From Macrostomum lignano (taxonomy: Eukaryota), in NCBI GenBank assembly GCA_002269645.1, contig NIVC01001846.1:1-64000 (forward strand): a stretch of DNA of 64,000 bases. Direction: 5' to 3'. Each line of letters starts with the position of its first letter. Within the stretch, counting starts at the first letter, position 1. The notes beneath the pieces were generated by a model that saw only the letters and a list, made by a program, of their open reading frames with translations, had not been told where the DNA came from and searched no databases. Both the position numbers and the translations under genes were made by a program. Below, in pieces: positions 61,401 to 64,000 of the stretch.

Positions 61401-64000
61401 TGTACATCCAATGCGCAGCAGAGTGCAGTGAAACGTTGAAGAGAAGGAAAGAGAGAAAATGGCAGGAGAGTTGAAACGAAGGATTGTGTACACACTGAGT
61501 GACCTCGAGTAAGCAAAAGCTTCTAACAGAAAAATGCATGCAGCATTCCCGCCTCACAGTCCCTTGGTACCCATGGCCTATGCAGGTGTGTCTTTACCCT
61601 ACCGATTCGTTAAAAAGAGATTTTCAAGTGGTAGACTCAGGTAGACTGAATAGTATGGGGGGTAGGGGTGTTGAGCCAATTCTTTAAATAATTAAATTAA
61701 TCAACAGTTCAGTGACACCTCGATTACTCTCGGCAGCTGGTCAGTGAAGACAGATAGCGCGTTGATGTTGGCTTTTGCTTGGAATGCTCTTCAAGTGGAG
61801 CGCAATGGCGCTTCTTTAATCAGCCAGTGGGTGGTCAAGCGGTTTTTAAAGAGTCTGTGATGACAGTTTTGCTATCCCGTATACTCCATCACATGTTCTA
61901 TCGCCGGTAACTAAAAACTCCACCCCACACACATGCGCCACACACTGCAGCTCTACTCATACTTTGAGGACACCGCCAATGTCTACATTGTGCTGGAACT
62001 GTGCCAGGGCGGAAATCTGCACGACTATGTACGACGCAATGGCTGCCTCAGCGAAGACAAAGGTTGGTCCGAGCGAAAGTCCCAACAGTTTAGAAGAGTA
62101 AATCAAGGAATCTATCAATCAATAATTAAAAAACACATCACCCCAAAACCATTCTTTTGTAGTTCGCTACTTTCTTAAGCAGATCGTTGCTGGCCTGTGC
62201 TATTTGCATCGGAGCGGAATCATTCACAGGGATCTCACCCTGGCAAACCTGCTGCTCACTGAAGACTGCAAAGTGGTGAGTTGCATTGGGTATGAATTGG
62301 TGTTTGGTGTGTAGGAAAGAGTGTTGTAATTAGCGACCTTAGAAAAACGGCGCTCCCAGAACGACGCCCTCAAAACGGCGCTCCCTAAACGGCGCCCCCA
62401 AAACGGCGCCCCCAAAACGGCGCCCCCAAAACGGCATTCCCTAAACGGCGCCCCCAAAACGGCGCTCCCTAAACGGCGCCCCCAAAACGACACTCCCTAA
62501 ACGGCGCCCCCAAAACGGCGCTCCCTAAACGGCGCCCCCAAAACGGCGCTCCCTAAACGGCGCTCCCTAAACGGCGCTCCCTAAACGGCGCCCCCAAAAC
62601 GGCGCTCCCTAAACGGCGCCCCCAAAACGGCGCTCCCTAAACGGCGCCCCCAAAACGGCACTCCTTAAACGGCGCCCCCAAAACGGCGCTCCCTAAACGG
62701 CGCTCCCTAAACGGCGCTCCCTAAACGGCGCCCCCAAAACGGCGCTCCCTAAACGGCGCCCCCAAAACGGCACTCCTTAAACGGCGCCCCCAAAACGGCG
62801 CTCCCTAAACGGCGCTCCCTAAACGGCGCTCCCTAAACGGCGCCCCCAAAACGGCGCTTCCTAAACGGCGCTTCCAAAACGTTCAAAAGAAATGACAATT
62901 TTTTTCTTTCTGTCTTTTTTCCTGCAGAAGATCTCGGACTTCGGGCTAGCCGCTGAACTGTCGGAGGACCGGACCAACAAGACCATGTGCGGCACTCCAA
63001 ACTACATCTCACCGTGAGTTCTCACACCGACATTACACTGTTAATTGAAACACCGACAACACATAGTTGTAAATTGTAAAAATGATAATTTTATGCTAAT
63101 TGATCTGTTAAACCTGACTGTTTTTGCCATCGCTATCTCTCTAAAACCATCCCGTTGAGCAACTGGGATTTCTAATTGATCAGTTTTCTACCTGATTGAG
63201 TCAATGCTTGATTGGCATTTTTTCGTTAGCAATGAATTCGGGCAGAAGAACCTCGGGAATTGCGACTAACAGTCTTGCCAGAGATTGTCAGGTTCCGCCA
63301 ATGAGTTTAGGTGCAAAGTCTGTCAGCTCAAGTCAGTCGAGACGGCAAACCAACAAATTGATTCAAAATAAGATTCCCAAGAACAAATTTGCCCCCGAGG
63401 CTTGAGCGCCGGCTTCAGGATGCGTTGCGAAATCTTCAGACCCCAGCACCTCCAGCTGGACAAGGAGGAAATCTTGCTGTGGTTCCGCAGCTTAGGTGGC
63501 ACGCTCTGGCGCTTCCAAAGTGTGGGGAAAAGTCAGAGTTCAGTTCTGTAGACACTTTGGCTTAAAATCCAGATCAGCCAACATCAGCCAGACAGATCGC
63601 GCTGCATGAGTGAACATGAGCAGTTGTTGAAATTTGAGCAATAAAAACAGTCTATATATTGTTTCAATTTTACTATGCGCAATTTGATTTTTATGATATC
63701 ATATTTTCAAACAATCAAACATTGAACCTTGCATGCCACTGCAGGGAGGTCAGCAGTCAGGGAGTGCAAGGTCCAGAAGTGGACGTCTGGTCGTTGGGCG
63801 TGATGTTGTACACCATGCTGGTTGGCAAGGCGCCGTTCGACACCAAGGACCCGAAGTCGACCATAGACAACGCTAGGCGGCTGAAGTACGACATCCCGGG
63901 CAGCCTGCACCCCGAGGCCATCGACCTGATTGCTAAACTGCTGCGGGAGAGACCGAAAGAGCGACTGACTCTGGCTCAAGTTCTGCAGCACCCGTTCATG
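58488..64000 (+). CDS. PLK4: Polo-like kinase 4-like kinase domain; exons 58488-58643, 61056-61151, 61951-62062, 62163-62275, 62928-63013, 63745->64000 (continues beyond window)
   Basis: All introns GT-AG with matching phases. Spliced product has [15 protein letters not shown] (PLK4-type catalytic loop), [23 protein letters not shown] and VLQHPFM. Polo boxes lie outside the window. Confidence 0.85.
58680..58985. repeat. 21-bp minisatellite (CAGACGGAGAGTCAGACTGGT), ~14 copies, PLK4 intron 1
   Basis: Direct reading. Confidence 0.92.
59654..60961 (-). mobile_element. Full-length mariner transposon, 1,308 bp, in PLK4 intron 1
   Basis: 32-bp TIRs CGAGGGATACTC(T/C)AAAAGTTTTGCAATTCAAC with 1 mismatch; TA on both flanks. 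Confidence 0.97.
59717..60778 (-). CDS. Mariner DD34D transposase, 353 aa, intact
   Basis: MELNREQ start; WIPHIL, TGDET, HDNAPAH and [13 protein letters not shown] motifs; 34 residues between second and third Asp. Confidence 0.96.
   Translation of the reverse strand: MELNREQNRLLIWYCHKRKLTALETHAELLATLEAQAPSYATVTRWYREFQAGRTSFSDDPRPGRPPTAATEENIAAVQEPIHQDPRITTDMLAMNVGIGSAAVDTILHDHLRVRKLCARWIPHILTDAQKQARREFCQFLIDRYEHGSHQRRSEVITGDETFLYHFDVETKRSSAEWVPKGGQRPLKARRSRSQGKRMFAIFFDSQGVVAMVKLEGQATVTARWYTEECLPVVIDSVTQRAPRTGMRGQKLHHDNAPAHTAAATRAFLDQEGISTLPHPPYSPDLAPCDFWLFPEIKKSLRGHRFQSDEELEQAAKEAIDGIPIEDFQGLMNKWLGRAHKCLQFRGAYFEGL
62345..62880. repeat. 14/15-bp minisatellite (AAACGGCGCTCCCT / AAACGGCGCCCCCAA), ~36 copies, PLK4 intron 4
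   Basis: Direct reading. Confidence 0.95.

Overview
Eukaryotic (animal) genomic DNA with GC-rich exons, AT-rich spacers, spliceosomal introns and many minisatellites. The style is most consistent with a free-living flatworm such as Macrostomum; this is inference, not confirmed. (1) 1-32.6 kb: a tandem cluster of nine minus-strand C2H2 zinc-finger paralogs (here ZF1-ZF9). They share an unrecognised ~150-aa N-terminal region, and their 84-bp finger repeats are highly homogenised and visibly shuffled between paralogs. Two are complete ORFs (ZF1, with two degenerate fingers, and ZF4); the rest are truncated, chimeric, inverted or split by a transposon. The cluster contains a near-identical ~2.7 kb duplication, three G-rich TTAGGG-containing 42-bp minisatellites and two non-autonomous 2-bp-TSD DNA transposons (one inside ZF8, carrying a nested 9-bp-TSD MITE). 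(2) 32.6-44.3 kb: AT-rich, TE-rich block with MITEs, a decayed 3-exon gene and a 5'-truncated Ty3/Gypsy element whose integrase is split by a 1.86-kb non-coding LTR element (TRIM-like). (3) 45.9-51.5 kb: a nearly intronless ~1,550-aa ankyrin-repeat TRP-family channel gene with two 1-nt frameshifts at homopolymers. (4) 51.6-57.9 kb: five minisatellite arrays. (5) 58.5-64 kb: the first six exons of a PLK4-like kinase, with an intact DD34D mariner in intron 1. The best candidate for an undescribed system is the zinc-finger cluster, which behaves like an invertebrate KRAB-ZFP/PRDM9-style recombining finger repertoire with a novel N-terminal module.
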